A stretch of DNA of 59,063 nt from a virus (IMGVR_UViG_3300020401_000020:1-59063), one strand, 5' to 3'. Shown: positions 10,525-18,255, counted from the first letter of the stretch. A program made the numbers and translations. The notes: generated from the sequence alone by a model not told the origin.

Positions 10525-11015
10525 CTTCCTTAGGCATGTTGGACAGAATGATGGGTCCACTCAAAGCAGAAAAAGCTAGAAATGTAATTACAACTATAGG
10601 CGACATGACTCCTATGGCTCCCGAAGTACGTAGAATGATGGGCAAAGAACCTATGGGCATGGGAGATATGCTCATGGCTGGTACAGGTTTGATAGTCGGC
10701 TTACCTATGAAGGTAGGTGCAGCCCTAGCCAAAGGCACTGATGCTTTAGATGATGCTTTTGACTTACTCAAAGGTTTTAAAAGCACTGAGGATGTTGAAG
10801 CCACTCTTATGAGTATGTTTAAAGAAGGCATGAAAAAAAGAGCAGCGGCTAGTGCAGATGATGTAGCTAGTCCAGACTTTATAGAAGGTACTAATCTAAC
10901 CAACAACGCTCAAAGATTACTTAAAAAAGCACAAGAAGAAGGACTCGTAAACCGTAACTTTAGTTTGCAAGTACCGGAAAATTTAAAAGCCGGAGGCTAC
11001 GTCTACAAAGACTAA
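10494..11015 (+). CDS. Hypothetical, probable minor internal virion protein
   Basis: 173 aa, Met/Gly-rich, C-terminal LKAGGYV motif shared with ejection-like proteins. Confidence 0.6.
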   Translation: MAQTADQTGIASLGMLDRMMGPLKAEKARNVITTIGDMTPMAPEVRRMMGKEPMGMGDMLMAGTGLIVGLPMKVGAALAKGTDALDDAFDLLKGFKSTEDVEATLMSMFKEGMKKRAAASADDVASPDFIEGTNLTNNAQRLLKKAQEEGLVNRNFSLQVPENLKAGGYVYKD

Positions 11016-11143
11016 TGGCTGTCCGCAAAGAGCAGAAGCTCCACATCTCCCGAGCTAAATACAAAAAGACTTCACAGGGCAAACGCAATGTGAAGTTTAG
11101 CACTATGAATAAACATAAAAGACGTATGTATTATGGTTATTAG
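11015..11143 (+). CDS. Small basic peptide (42 aa)
   Basis: Manual: MAVRKEQKLHISRAKYKKTSQGKRNVKFSTMNKHKRRMYYGY; TAATG coupling to upstream stop. Confidence 0.6.
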   Translation: MAVRKEQKLHISRAKYKKTSQGKRNVKFSTMNKHKRRMYYGY

Positions 11144-11147
11144 TTAG

Positions 11148-11220
11148 ATGGGGCAAAGCCGAGGGAGAAATATGAAAAAAATCAGCTCTGCCCCTAGGGG
11201 AGTATTTATCAATTAACCCT
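11148..11220 (-). ncRNA. Candidate antisense sRNA with anti-RBS / anti-AUG loop
   Basis: Stem GGGGCAGAGC/GCTTTGCCCC enclosing TGATTTTTTTCATATTTCTCCC; possible promoter TTGTAT-18-TAGAAT upstream on the - strand. Confidence 0.45.
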
Positions 11221-11277
11221 GCAATTCTATAACAAATATTATAGACAATACAACACTTTTCGTAGATAATCTGACAC

Positions 11278-11496
11278 ATGACATTGAGATTAGATGGGTC
11301 AGTGTCTAATTTGGCTGATAGCCCTTGTACTGGAGTGTGTTCGACGACACAATTTGGACACAAAAGGTGTAAAGGTTGCGGCAGATACGACTTTGAGATA
11401 GTTTCTTCTTATTGGAGTGAACTCACAGAGTTAGAACGTAAACTAATAAACCTAAGAAATGCAGCTCAAGGTTTCAAAATTAGACATTTACGCTAA
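11278..11496 (+). CDS. DUF1289-family small Cys-rich (putative Fe-S) protein
   Basis: SPCTGVC...CKGCGR...EI..W pattern. Confidence 0.75.
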   Translation: MTLRLDGSVSNLADSPCTGVCSTTQFGHKRCKGCGRYDFEIVSSYWSELTELERKLINLRNAAQGFKIRHLR

Positions 11497-11740
11497 AAAC
11501 GACCCTCAAAATCTTTTGGCTTATCATAAGTCTAGGTATCCTGTGCACTTTTTAGATGTTGAATACGAAGCAGAAATAGAACTTGATGGCAAAATAATTA
11601 CCCGTCGAGTACACAACTGCTTATCATTTGAAGACGCTTATAGAAAGACAAAAAGGTCTGAGCCGCATGGCACTGTCCGCAAAATAACCAACGTTGAAGA
11701 CCAATCTTTTACAATTTATCATTATAAATCAAAGGTTTAG
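11459..11740 (+). CDS. Hypothetical protein
   Basis: 93-aa ORF, start uncertain. Confidence 0.55.
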   Translation: MQLKVSKLDIYAKNDPQNLLAYHKSRYPVHFLDVEYEAEIELDGKIITRRVHNCLSFEDAYRKTKRSEPHGTVRKITNVEDQSFTIYHYKSKV

Positions 11741-12000
11741 GGACGAAGGACCACGGACCAAGGACCTAAGGTCAAAAAACTGCAGAAATTAGGTAGAAAT
11801 TAGGTAAAAAAGCCTTAAAAACCCTTTCCTATATAGACATAAATAGTATAAAACCTAATTCCTAAGGTGAGAATTTACAAAAAATACAAAAGAACTATCA
11901 AAATTTTGCAAGAAAATGACCTTATGACCTTAGGTTAAGCTGTAGACCCTGTCCTTAAAGGGTTTTTACCTCATTTCTGTGACCTTAGGTAGACCTTAGG
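11741..12000. repeat. Origin-like non-coding region with iterated CCT(A/T)AGG and AGAAATTAGGT motifs in inverted arrangement around an A-rich core
   Basis: GACCTAAGGTC 11763; AGAAATTAGGT x2 at 11784-11805; CCTAAGG 11861; GACCTTAGG at about 11926, 11981 and 11992. Confidence 0.65.
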
Positions 12001-12042
12001 CGAATTATGTAGATTTTTATATGAAAAGTCTTATAATTACAG

Positions 12043-12109
12043 TATCAATCTTTCCTAAAATTTCTCCTTTGGTGATTGAGGCTAGGCAGTAGCAATACTG
12101 CCTAGTTTT
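12043..12109 (+). ncRNA. Candidate small RNA with anti-Shine-Dalgarno loop and intrinsic terminator
   Basis: TATAAT at 12032; TCAATC/GATTGA stem enclosing TTTCTCCTTT; 10-bp stem CTAGGCAGTA-GCAA-TACTGCCTAG followed by TTTT. Confidence 0.5.
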
Positions 12110-12125
12110 AGGGTATCATTCCCAC

Positions 12126-12617
12126 ATGGCAAAACAACTAACTGCTAGTCAAAAGAAGTTTGCTGAAGAATTCGTAATGAATGACGGTAGCAAAACTAAA
12201 GAAGAGTGTGCCTTGTCGGCTGGTTACTCCAAGTCTTCTGCTCGGGTCAGAGCCTCTGAACTAACTAATCCACAAAAATATCCTGAAGTTTGTAAATACA
12301 TAGAAGAATTACAGACTCAAGTAAATCAAAAATACAACGTGACTTTTGGTAGGCATGTCAAGAAACTTGCTGAGATACGCGACGCTGCGTTAGAAAAAGG
12401 CAACTACACGGCTGCCGTCGCAGCTGAGACACAAAGAGGTCGTGCAGCAGGACTGTATGTAGAAAGAAAAGAAGTTAGAACCGGGTCTTTGGAGTCGTTG
12501 AGTGAAGTAGAACTTAAAAAGAAAATGAGAGAACTAGTATTAGATTACAAACCTATGCTCGAAATCGAGAACGCACAACTGGTTGAGCCACCTTCTTCGG
12601 ATATTCTCGACCCATAA
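12126..12617 (+). CDS. terS: Terminase small subunit
   Basis: LTASQKKFAEEF...A..AGYS...ASEL HTH pattern typical of TerS. Confidence 0.8.
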   Translation: MAKQLTASQKKFAEEFVMNDGSKTKEECALSAGYSKSSARVRASELTNPQKYPEVCKYIEELQTQVNQKYNVTFGRHVKKLAEIRDAALEKGNYTAAVAAETQRGRAAGLYVERKEVRTGSLESLSEVELKKKMRELVLDYKPMLEIENAQLVEPPSSDILDP

Positions 12618-12801
12618 TATCTTCGTATATTTCTTTTTGAGCTTGTCGCTCGTCCTCTTTAGAAAGCTTGTCAAGTATCCCAACATCTTGTAGCTGGGGC
12701 TTGTAGGTTTTCCATATATTTGCCTTGTCGTTTTTCCAATACCAACTTACCATCCCAAGCGAGTCGCTGGTATGTCCGAATATGTAGCGTGGGGTTTTCA
12801 A
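12553..12801 (-). CDS. Hypothetical early protein
   Basis: 82-aa ORF at end of leftward operon. Confidence 0.55.
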   Translation of the reverse strand: MKTPRYIFGHTSDSLGMVSWYWKNDKANIWKTYKPQLQDVGILDKLSKEDERQAQKEIYEDIMGREYPKKVAQPVVRSRFRA

Positions 12802-13047
12802 CTATTGAAGAACAGAAGGTATGGCAATGTCGCCATCAATGTCATTTAGAAGGGTTATGAAATGTCTATAACCATTGTCTTGAACGAACAAGCTGTCGGT
12901 TATAGGTACATCAGATATTTGATTTTGTAATTTTATGGGTAAGCTGTCGATAAAAAGCTCTGCTGTAGCTAAGCTGTCAAAAGTTTGTACATAGCTCAAC
13001 TCTCCTTCTATGAAAACTGCAATAACGTGAATAAATCTTTCTTTCAC
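12802..13047 (-). CDS. Hypothetical early protein
   Basis: 81-aa ORF, GTG start overlapping upstream stop. Confidence 0.6.
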   Translation of the reverse strand: MKERFIHVIAVFIEGELSYVQTFDSLATAELFIDSLPIKLQNQISDVPITDSLFVQDNGYRHFITLLNDIDGDIAIPSVLQ

Positions 13048-13181
13048 TTTACTAAAATTCCTTCTTTTTCGTACTGTAGAATAATTTTACTTCTTGATAC
13101 AGGGCAACTTATGTAAAGAAGTGATACTAGCTTGTCGCCTTCATAACCTTCTATACAAGTTTCGTTTATTTTGTAGTTCAT
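13044..13181 (-). CDS. Hypothetical early protein (45 aa)
   Basis: Manual: MNYKINETCIEGYEGDKLVSLL...; RBS GAGGT; coupled overlaps. Confidence 0.55.
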   Translation of the reverse strand: MNYKINETCIEGYEGDKLVSLLYISCPVSRSKIILQYEKEGILVK

Positions 13182-13264
13182 AACTTACCTCTCCTTTTTA
13201 AAGCGTTCCTTATTTTCTGTAGCTGTTCTGGAGTAAGTTTCCCGTTGTGCTTTGATATGGTCAT
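13178..13264 (-). CDS. Hypothetical peptide (28 aa)
   Basis: Manual: MTISKHNGKLTPEQLQKIRNALKRRGKL; ATGA overlaps at both ends. Confidence 0.45.
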   Translation of the reverse strand: MTISKHNGKLTPEQLQKIRNALKRRGKL

Positions 13265-13488
13265 CTTACCACCTCAACTTCTCCTTCTGTTTCTATTACT
13301 ACTCTAGCCCCACAATTTAAAAGGGGCTTGTCGTTGCCACCGTACTTTACTGTTGCAGATGAAAGTATCTTGACCTCATGGCAATAAGTATTTGTTTTTC
13401 CTTTCTTAATAGTGATGACGGGCTCGTCCGTGCCGTGTTTCTTGTTGGCTCGTATCTTGTGTTGATTTACATGAATATAAGTTTTCAT
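13261..13488 (-). CDS. Conserved hypothetical phage protein
   Basis: 75 aa, IHVNQHKI..N.K...PVITIK...CGARV pattern. Confidence 0.7.
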   Translation of the reverse strand: MKTYIHVNQHKIRANKKHGTDEPVITIKKGKTNTYCHEVKILSSATVKYGGNDKPLLNCGARVVIETEGEVEVVR

Positions 13489-13565
13489 ACTAAATAGATT
13501 TCTAAATTATATACGAAAAGCAAAAGGATTATTCCCATAACAAAGATGATTACATTTTTTATCAT
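13485..13565 (-). CDS. Small membrane peptide (26 aa)
   Basis: Manual: MIKNVIIFVMGIILLLFVYNLEIYLV; ATGA overlaps at both ends. Confidence 0.45.
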   Translation of the reverse strand: MIKNVIIFVMGIILLLFVYNLEIYLV

Positions 13566-14047
13566 GTAGTCCACCATTTTGGCTTGTCCCTTCCTTTTTC
13601 CCACTTTGCATAAGTTTTCTCGTGGATACAGTATCTGCGATAAGCAACGATAGGGTCTTTATGTTTGTACTTGTCGGGCATGGCTTGTGCAACTGTTGTC
13701 ATACTACCTACTTTTATATTTCTAGGTCTTACACATAAAGGTTTTTGAAGTTTTAGATAACTAGCATGTTCTCTACCATATCTATATTTATATTCGTCGC
13801 TCAATGCTAAGAAATGGTATACCAACCACCAATAATTAGAACTTGACTCTCTTGCCCAAATGGTACAAGGATGATTTTTGTATGCAGTTTTGTAGAGTCC
13901 AACTCTATCTGCGTATTCGTCGCCGTCTAATTCTCTGTGTGCTGTGCATAACATCTGTGCTGTTTCTAAGGGCATCTTCACTAGCATTTTATCGGGTTGT
14001 GCTTCTGCTGATAAAACGGGACAATCATCAAAGTAAAAAATGTTCAT
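13562..14047 (-). CDS. Pyrimidine-dimer DNA glycosylase / endonuclease V-like protein
   Basis: MNIF...DK..VKMPLETAQML...HPC..W...EY..RYG..H pattern; strong RBS. Confidence 0.75.
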   Translation of the reverse strand: MNIFYFDDCPVLSAEAQPDKMLVKMPLETAQMLCTAHRELDGDEYADRVGLYKTAYKNHPCTIWARESSSNYWWLVYHFLALSDEYKYRYGREHASYLKLQKPLCVRPRNIKVGSMTTVAQAMPDKYKHKDPIVAYRRYCIHEKTYAKWEKGRDKPKWWTT

Positions 14048-14056
14048 TCTTTCTCC

Positions 14057-14347
14057 TTAAATTAATTCTTTGTTGTAGTCGTATTGACCTTCGTTCATGC
14101 TTTCTATCCATGTCCACTTGCCTTCTATTTTATAAAGAATATCTTTACAACAAGACATACCGTGAACAACTAAAGCAATATCTCCTGACCAAGCTGGACA
14201 ATCAGGCGTGTAGCTTTTTAAGATAGCGACATTGTATAAGTTATCTTCGCAAAAATACTCTCCATGATTATCTCTTGTAGAGAAGCCATAAATGTCGTTT
14301 AGTTCCTCTGCTATTTCTCTTAAATCTTCTTCTGTTGCTGACCTCAT
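14057..14347 (-). CDS. Hypothetical early protein
   Basis: 96 aa, RBS GGAG. Confidence 0.7.
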   Translation of the reverse strand: MRSATEEDLREIAEELNDIYGFSTRDNHGEYFCEDNLYNVAILKSYTPDCPAWSGDIALVVHGMSCCKDILYKIEGKWTWIESMNEGQYDYNKELI

Positions 14348-14360
14348 TTATTTTCTCCAT

Positions 14361-14627
14361 TTATAAATTATTATCATAAAATTCCCTGCCGTCTATAATA
14401 AAAGGCAGTTCTCTTAAATACTTTTCGTCATCAAAGAACATGGCTTGTCCTTGTTCATCTGTGAAACAAGCATCATCACTACCACCGATATAGACTCCAC
14501 CTTCTTCATCTCTATAACAATCTCTTTCTATGCACGTTGCTAGTTTTTCTTCATCAGTTAAGTTATCAAAGTCGTGAAACTTTTCATCACAAGTATTTAT
14601 CTTGTCTATCTTATTCCAATCTATCAT
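14361..14627 (-). CDS. Hypothetical acidic early protein
   Basis: Start moved to MIDWNK (AGGAG RBS). Confidence 0.65.
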   Translation of the reverse strand: MIDWNKIDKINTCDEKFHDFDNLTDEEKLATCIERDCYRDEEGGVYIGGSDDACFTDEQGQAMFFDDEKYLRELPFIIDGREFYDNNL

Positions 14628-14640
14628 TTGTTTTCTCCTA

Positions 14641-14859
14641 TTATAATTGGTTCCAATTTTCATCATAAAACTCATACTCTACTTCTGTGCCGTCTGGTAA
14701 ATACATGCAACGAGTCCTTAAATCAACTTTTAATGGTGTTGATTGTGAAACCTCTCCATTTATAATCTTTTCAACTCCTTTTTCGTAAGTATCACATTCA
14801 ACTTCGTAAGTGTGATACACCTTTTCAATCATTGTTATTTGTTTTTTAGTTTTAGCCAT
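14641..14859 (-). CDS. Hypothetical early protein
   Basis: 72 aa, AGGAG RBS. Confidence 0.7.
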   Translation of the reverse strand: MAKTKKQITMIEKVYHTYEVECDTYEKGVEKIINGEVSQSTPLKVDLRTRCMYLPDGTEVEYEFYDENWNQL

Positions 14860-15076
14860 TGTTTTCTCCTATTATGATTATGTAGCCGTCTTCTTTTTGA
14901 AACTGATACGTTGTACTGCCGTCTACTAAGCCGTCGCATTCCTGACAAATTTGTTGTACTTCAATACCACTATCTCGTTGCATAGTTTCCCAACCTTCTT
15001 TGCAGTTATCACATTCATCAATAACTTCAAAGACTTGGTCTTCTAATCTAACTTTCATACCTGCTTTGTATTTCAT
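14852..15076 (-). CDS. Hypothetical Zn-finger-like protein
   Basis: CxxC...CxxC, 74 aa. Confidence 0.65.
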   Translation of the reverse strand: MKYKAGMKVRLEDQVFEVIDECDNCKEGWETMQRDSGIEVQQICQECDGLVDGSTTYQFQKEDGYIIIIGENNG

Positions 15077-15258
15077 GCTTCCTCTAAATCTTCAATAGTC
15101 ATATCTTCACAAAGATATTCCAAAGGTTTTAATCTGCCTTTAAAATAAAACTCTTTAATAGTTCCATCTTTGTTTTTTAATATATTTCCTTCATCATCAG
15201 ACAAATGAAATGTAATATTAGAAACACTTACATATTGATAATCTTTTTCTTTACTCAT
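15073..15258 (-). CDS. Hypothetical early protein
   Basis: 61 aa, AAGGAG RBS. Confidence 0.7.
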   Translation of the reverse strand: MSKEKDYQYVSVSNITFHLSDDEGNILKNKDGTIKEFYFKGRLKPLEYLCEDMTIEDLEEA

Positions 15259-15268
15259 GCTTTCTCCT

Positions 15269-15466
15269 TTAATCTTCGTAATAAAAATCTTCTGAACATT
15301 CCATTAAAAATTCTACTTCTAATAAGTTATCCAATTCTTCTTGCCACCTTTCTTCTTCTGGCTCTGATTTAATTTGATTATTAGCAACTCCAATTAGACA
15401 TTTAACAACTGCTAAAGCTGTTTCTAATTCCTTACTTGTTCTTTTGTGTGTTAGCTTTATACTCAT
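15269..15466 (-). CDS. Hypothetical early protein
   Basis: Start moved to MSIKLTHK (AAGGAG RBS, ATGA overlap). Confidence 0.65.
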   Translation of the reverse strand: MSIKLTHKRTSKELETALAVVKCLIGVANNQIKSEPEEERWQEELDNLLEVEFLMECSEDFYYED

Positions 15467-15699
15467 GCGTTCTCCTTTATCCATTTCTGATATTTCCAAA
15501 AGACAAAATCTCTTTCCCATAAAGTCGAAAACCATTCTGTATCTTCAATAGACTCCAAATTATCTTTCCCTATTTTAATAGTGCGAATACCAAATGGCAG
15601 ACCTTCGTTGTACCAAATTTTTTTGCCAATACCATTTACTCTATAATATTTGTCAGGTTGTTTGGTTTCCCTATCTACTTTTATCTGTTTGTATTTCAT
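15463..15699 (-). CDS. Hypothetical early protein
   Basis: 78 aa, GAGG RBS. Confidence 0.65.
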   Translation of the reverse strand: MKYKQIKVDRETKQPDKYYRVNGIGKKIWYNEGLPFGIRTIKIGKDNLESIEDTEWFSTLWERDFVFWKYQKWIKENA

Positions 15700-15863
15700 G
15701 CTTCCTCTTCTTTTTGCACAGTAAGTTCACAACCTATTTCTGTATCTAAAATGCTTTCTATGTTTGCGTGTACTAAATCTCCACCATTTTCTAAAACGTA
15801 GATTTGTACATCACTATCCTTGTCAAAAGTTTTTAACATTCTAATAAGTTTCTTTACTTTCAT
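15696..15863 (-). CDS. Hypothetical early protein (55 aa)
   Basis: Manual: MKVKKLIRMLKTFDKDSDVQI...; AAGGAG RBS. Confidence 0.65.
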   Translation of the reverse strand: MKVKKLIRMLKTFDKDSDVQIYVLENGGDLVHANIESILDTEIGCELTVQKEEEA

Positions 15864-16051
15864 AAGTTCTCCTTGTTATAAAGCCATAAATCTACTTCAA
15901 AAATTTGAAAGTCATCTAGTTCTTCTGGCTCTTCTCCGTCCCCAATCCTTTGTTCATTATTTTCTTTTAACCATTCGTCAGGATTATCTGTAAGAGCAAC
16001 AAATTCTGTTTCGCCATAAGAATTTATATAATCAATTTGGTATAGTTTCAT
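15860..16051 (-). CDS. Hypothetical acidic early protein
   Basis: 63 aa, GGAG RBS. Confidence 0.65.
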   Translation of the reverse strand: MKLYQIDYINSYGETEFVALTDNPDEWLKENNEQRIGDGEEPEELDDFQIFEVDLWLYNKENL

Positions 16052-16323
16052 ATCTCCCCCAATTCATTCATGTTTTCGTCATAGACATAACTTTTGTCGG
16101 GGTGTTTCCAATCTATGTCAAACTCATGGTAGCCCTCAACTTTAATTTCTTGACCGTCTTTAAGATAGATATACAAAGTCGCATACTTGACATACATCTG
16201 CTCTACATCATCATAATCTATCCCCAACTCGTCCCAATCCACTTTAAACTCAAGGCATTGAGAATAGTATGTTTGCACATACATAGGTTTTTCTTTTGTT
16301 TTCCATTTTGCTTCAATCGTCAT
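16048..16323 (-). CDS. Hypothetical early protein
   Basis: 91 aa, GAGG RBS. Confidence 0.7.
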   Translation of the reverse strand: MTIEAKWKTKEKPMYVQTYYSQCLEFKVDWDELGIDYDDVEQMYVKYATLYIYLKDGQEIKVEGYHEFDIDWKHPDKSYVYDENMNELGEI

Positions 16324-16438
16324 TTTTTTCCTCTGTTCTGATTTCTCTTTGTTCTACAAAAGTTTGAATAATTTTGATTAGCACATCATCAAAATCATCT
16401 ACATTGTATTTATCTAATATCTCTACTATTTCAGGCAT
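16313..16438 (-). CDS. Hypothetical peptide (41 aa)
   Basis: Manual: MPEIVEILDKYNVDDFDDVL...; fills operon gap. Confidence 0.5.
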   Translation of the reverse strand: MPEIVEILDKYNVDDFDDVLIKIIQTFVEQREIRTEEKNDD

Positions 16439-16631
16439 TGTTCTCTTCCCCTAAGTTTTCAGGCATTTTTATACATTTAAAATCCCATTCGTATTTATCT
16501 TCGTTTAGGACTTCTCCTTCGCCTTCTTCTATTTTTACTTCTGCTTCTTCATAGTTATTTGCTTCAACAACTATTTCTTCAACTACTTCGTAAGTTATTT
16601 CAAAAACATATTTCTTCATTACTTTACTCAT
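16431..16631 (-). CDS. Hypothetical acidic early protein
   Basis: 66 aa, GGAG RBS. Confidence 0.65.
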   Translation of the reverse strand: MSKVMKKYVFEITYEVVEEIVVEANNYEEAEVKIEEGEGEVLNEDKYEWDFKCIKMPENLGEENNA

Positions 16632-16764
16632 CTTCGTTCTCCAACTTAGTTAAAAACTCATCTACTACAGAAGCACACCAATCAGGAATATCAGTAATAT
16701 TCTCCTCAGTATTATCTTCTCTATGTATGCGTAGACTCCAACTTATTATTTGTTTATCAGACAT
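16624..16764 (-). CDS. Hypothetical peptide (46 aa)
   Basis: Manual: MSDKQIISWSLRIHRED...; AAGGAG RBS. Confidence 0.6.
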   Translation of the reverse strand: MSDKQIISWSLRIHREDNTEENITDIPDWCASVVDEFLTKLENEDE

Positions 16765-16773
16765 ATTTTCTCC

Positions 16774-16935
16774 TTATATATTTAATCTGTTTTTTATTAT
16801 ATTCAAAGCGTGGTATCTCTTTTCAGATGATTTCTCATACTCTAAGCTAGACTCCACTAAGAATGCTTGGTTATCTGCTTTATCTACTGCTTCTTTCACA
16901 ATTTCAAATGCTTCTGATATTGTTGAAATGGTCAT
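16774..16935 (-). CDS. Hypothetical peptide (53 aa)
   Basis: Manual: MTISTISEAFEIVKEAV...; AAGGAG RBS, ATGA overlap. Confidence 0.6.
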   Translation of the reverse strand: MTISTISEAFEIVKEAVDKADNQAFLVESSLEYEKSSEKRYHALNIIKNRLNI

Positions 16936-17192
16936 AGGGCAAACTCCTTTAAAACAACCTTGTGTAATTCCCTTATCATTTCATCAGATAATTGGCGTAA
17001 AACATCTTCCAGATAGCAGTCGTTTATAAATTTATTGGTTTTGTAGTTCATAAAAATCCATTCACTAGATTTTTGAACATAGACAAGTCTTGCATCAATG
17101 CCTACATTTTCAATTTCTACATTATCTCCAAAAGTATGCTCTTCTAGTATTTCAACTATGTAATTTATTTCTCCTTGTAATGCGTGGCTCAT
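16932..17192 (-). CDS. Hypothetical early protein
   Basis: 86 aa, GGAG RBS. Confidence 0.65.
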   Translation of the reverse strand: MSHALQGEINYIVEILEEHTFGDNVEIENVGIDARLVYVQKSSEWIFMNYKTNKFINDCYLEDVLRQLSDEMIRELHKVVLKEFAL

Positions 17193-17437
17193 AATTCTAT
17201 CTCCCCACTTAAGATGTCTTCGATACTAGCAAACTCACTTCCCCACCAATTTATTGTGAATGTACCATTCCTCATTGGGTGTATTTCGTAATTGAGTTTT
17301 AGTTCGTAAAGAGCAGTCATGTTTTCGTAAATCCAATCTTGGAAAGTTTCTGCTTCCTTTTGATTTACTATTAGTGTTTCGTACTCATTTGTGTAGAATT
17401 CATTACCTTCTACTATTGTTTTACTCCTTGCTGTCAT
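17189..17437 (-). CDS. Hypothetical early protein (first gene of leftward operon)
   Basis: 82 aa, AAAGGAG RBS, promoter upstream. Confidence 0.7.
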   Translation of the reverse strand: MTARSKTIVEGNEFYTNEYETLIVNQKEAETFQDWIYENMTALYELKLNYEIHPMRNGTFTINWWGSEFASIEDILSGEIEL

Positions 17438-17471
17438 ATCTTCTCCTTTGATAGCGTTAATTAATATGTAT

Positions 17472-17500
17472 AAAGTACCAAAAATATCTCATAAAAGCAA
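17472..17500 (-). promoter_or_regulatory. Sigma70-like early promoter
   Basis: TTGCTT-17-TACTTT, spacer contains TTATGAGA. Confidence 0.55.
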
Positions 17501-17535
17501 CTTTATTTTTAACAGTAATATATACTTCTTATTAC

Positions 17536-17928
17536 ATGGCAAAAAGTGAGAGTAATTTTTGGCAACAAGTCAAGAAAAATCTTAAAGAATTTCAATGGCT
17601 ACGCCTTGAGTCTTGGGCATCTCAGGGTGTTCCCGATTTGTTAGGCACAACTAAAAATGGGCAACTCTTTACTGTTGAATTGAAAGTAATAAAAAGTAAT
17701 AAACCGAACATCTCTCCACACCAAATTGCTTTCCATTTACAGCGTAAAAACTCGCCGTGTTTTATCCTGATTTCGTCCCTCGTCCAATCAAGCTCCAAAA
17801 AATCTCAGCTCTATCTAGTTCCTTCGTCCGAGCTAGAAAATCTTTTGGACGAAGGTCTTTCGTCCAAGTATCTCTGTACTTCGTTTGCTGACGTTGGTCA
17901 AAGGATTAAAAATTATTGGGGGGATTGA
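17536..17928 (+). CDS. PD-(D/E)XK nuclease, VRR-NUC / Holliday-junction-resolvase-like
   Basis: E..FW...GVPDL...VELK...SPHQIAFH motifs. Confidence 0.8.
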   Translation: MAKSESNFWQQVKKNLKEFQWLRLESWASQGVPDLLGTTKNGQLFTVELKVIKSNKPNISPHQIAFHLQRKNSPCFILISSLVQSSSKKSQLYLVPSSELENLLDEGLSSKYLCTSFADVGQRIKNYWGD

Positions 17929-18004
17929 CGGGGGGTTGGCTTGTCGCTTCACTGTTGATTGTTCAGGGGGGTGGGAGAAGATGGGTTGTCAAGTCGCTGA
18001 ACGC

Positions 18005-18039
18005 AAAAAAGCCCGAACAGTCGAAACCATTCGGGCTTT
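18005..18039 (-). terminator. Intrinsic terminator, cassette 1
   Basis: AAAGCCCGAA...TTCGGGCTTTTTT. Confidence 0.75.
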
Positions 18040-18057
18040 ATGATTAACAAGCTCGGT

Positions 18058-18228
18058 TTATTCGCGTGAATTTTTAGCAATGTGGTCTGCAAATCTTTCT
18101 CTATTAAATCTCGGGTTATCCGTCTTTAATAGATTTTCGAAATCATTTCGAAACTCTGCAGAAACACCTCTATTGTGTTCAGCAAATAAATCGGCGAACT
18201 TTATATAATACTTTCTTGATAAGGGCAT
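18058..18228 (-). CDS. Small early protein (56 aa), cassette 1
   Basis: Manual: MPLSRKYYIKFADLF...KTDNPRFNRERFADH...; AGGAG RBS, own promoter and terminator. Confidence 0.75.
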   Translation of the reverse strand: MPLSRKYYIKFADLFAEHNRGVSAEFRNDFENLLKTDNPRFNRERFADHIAKNSRE

Positions 18229-18255
18229 TATATTCTCCTATTTATTTGATAATAA

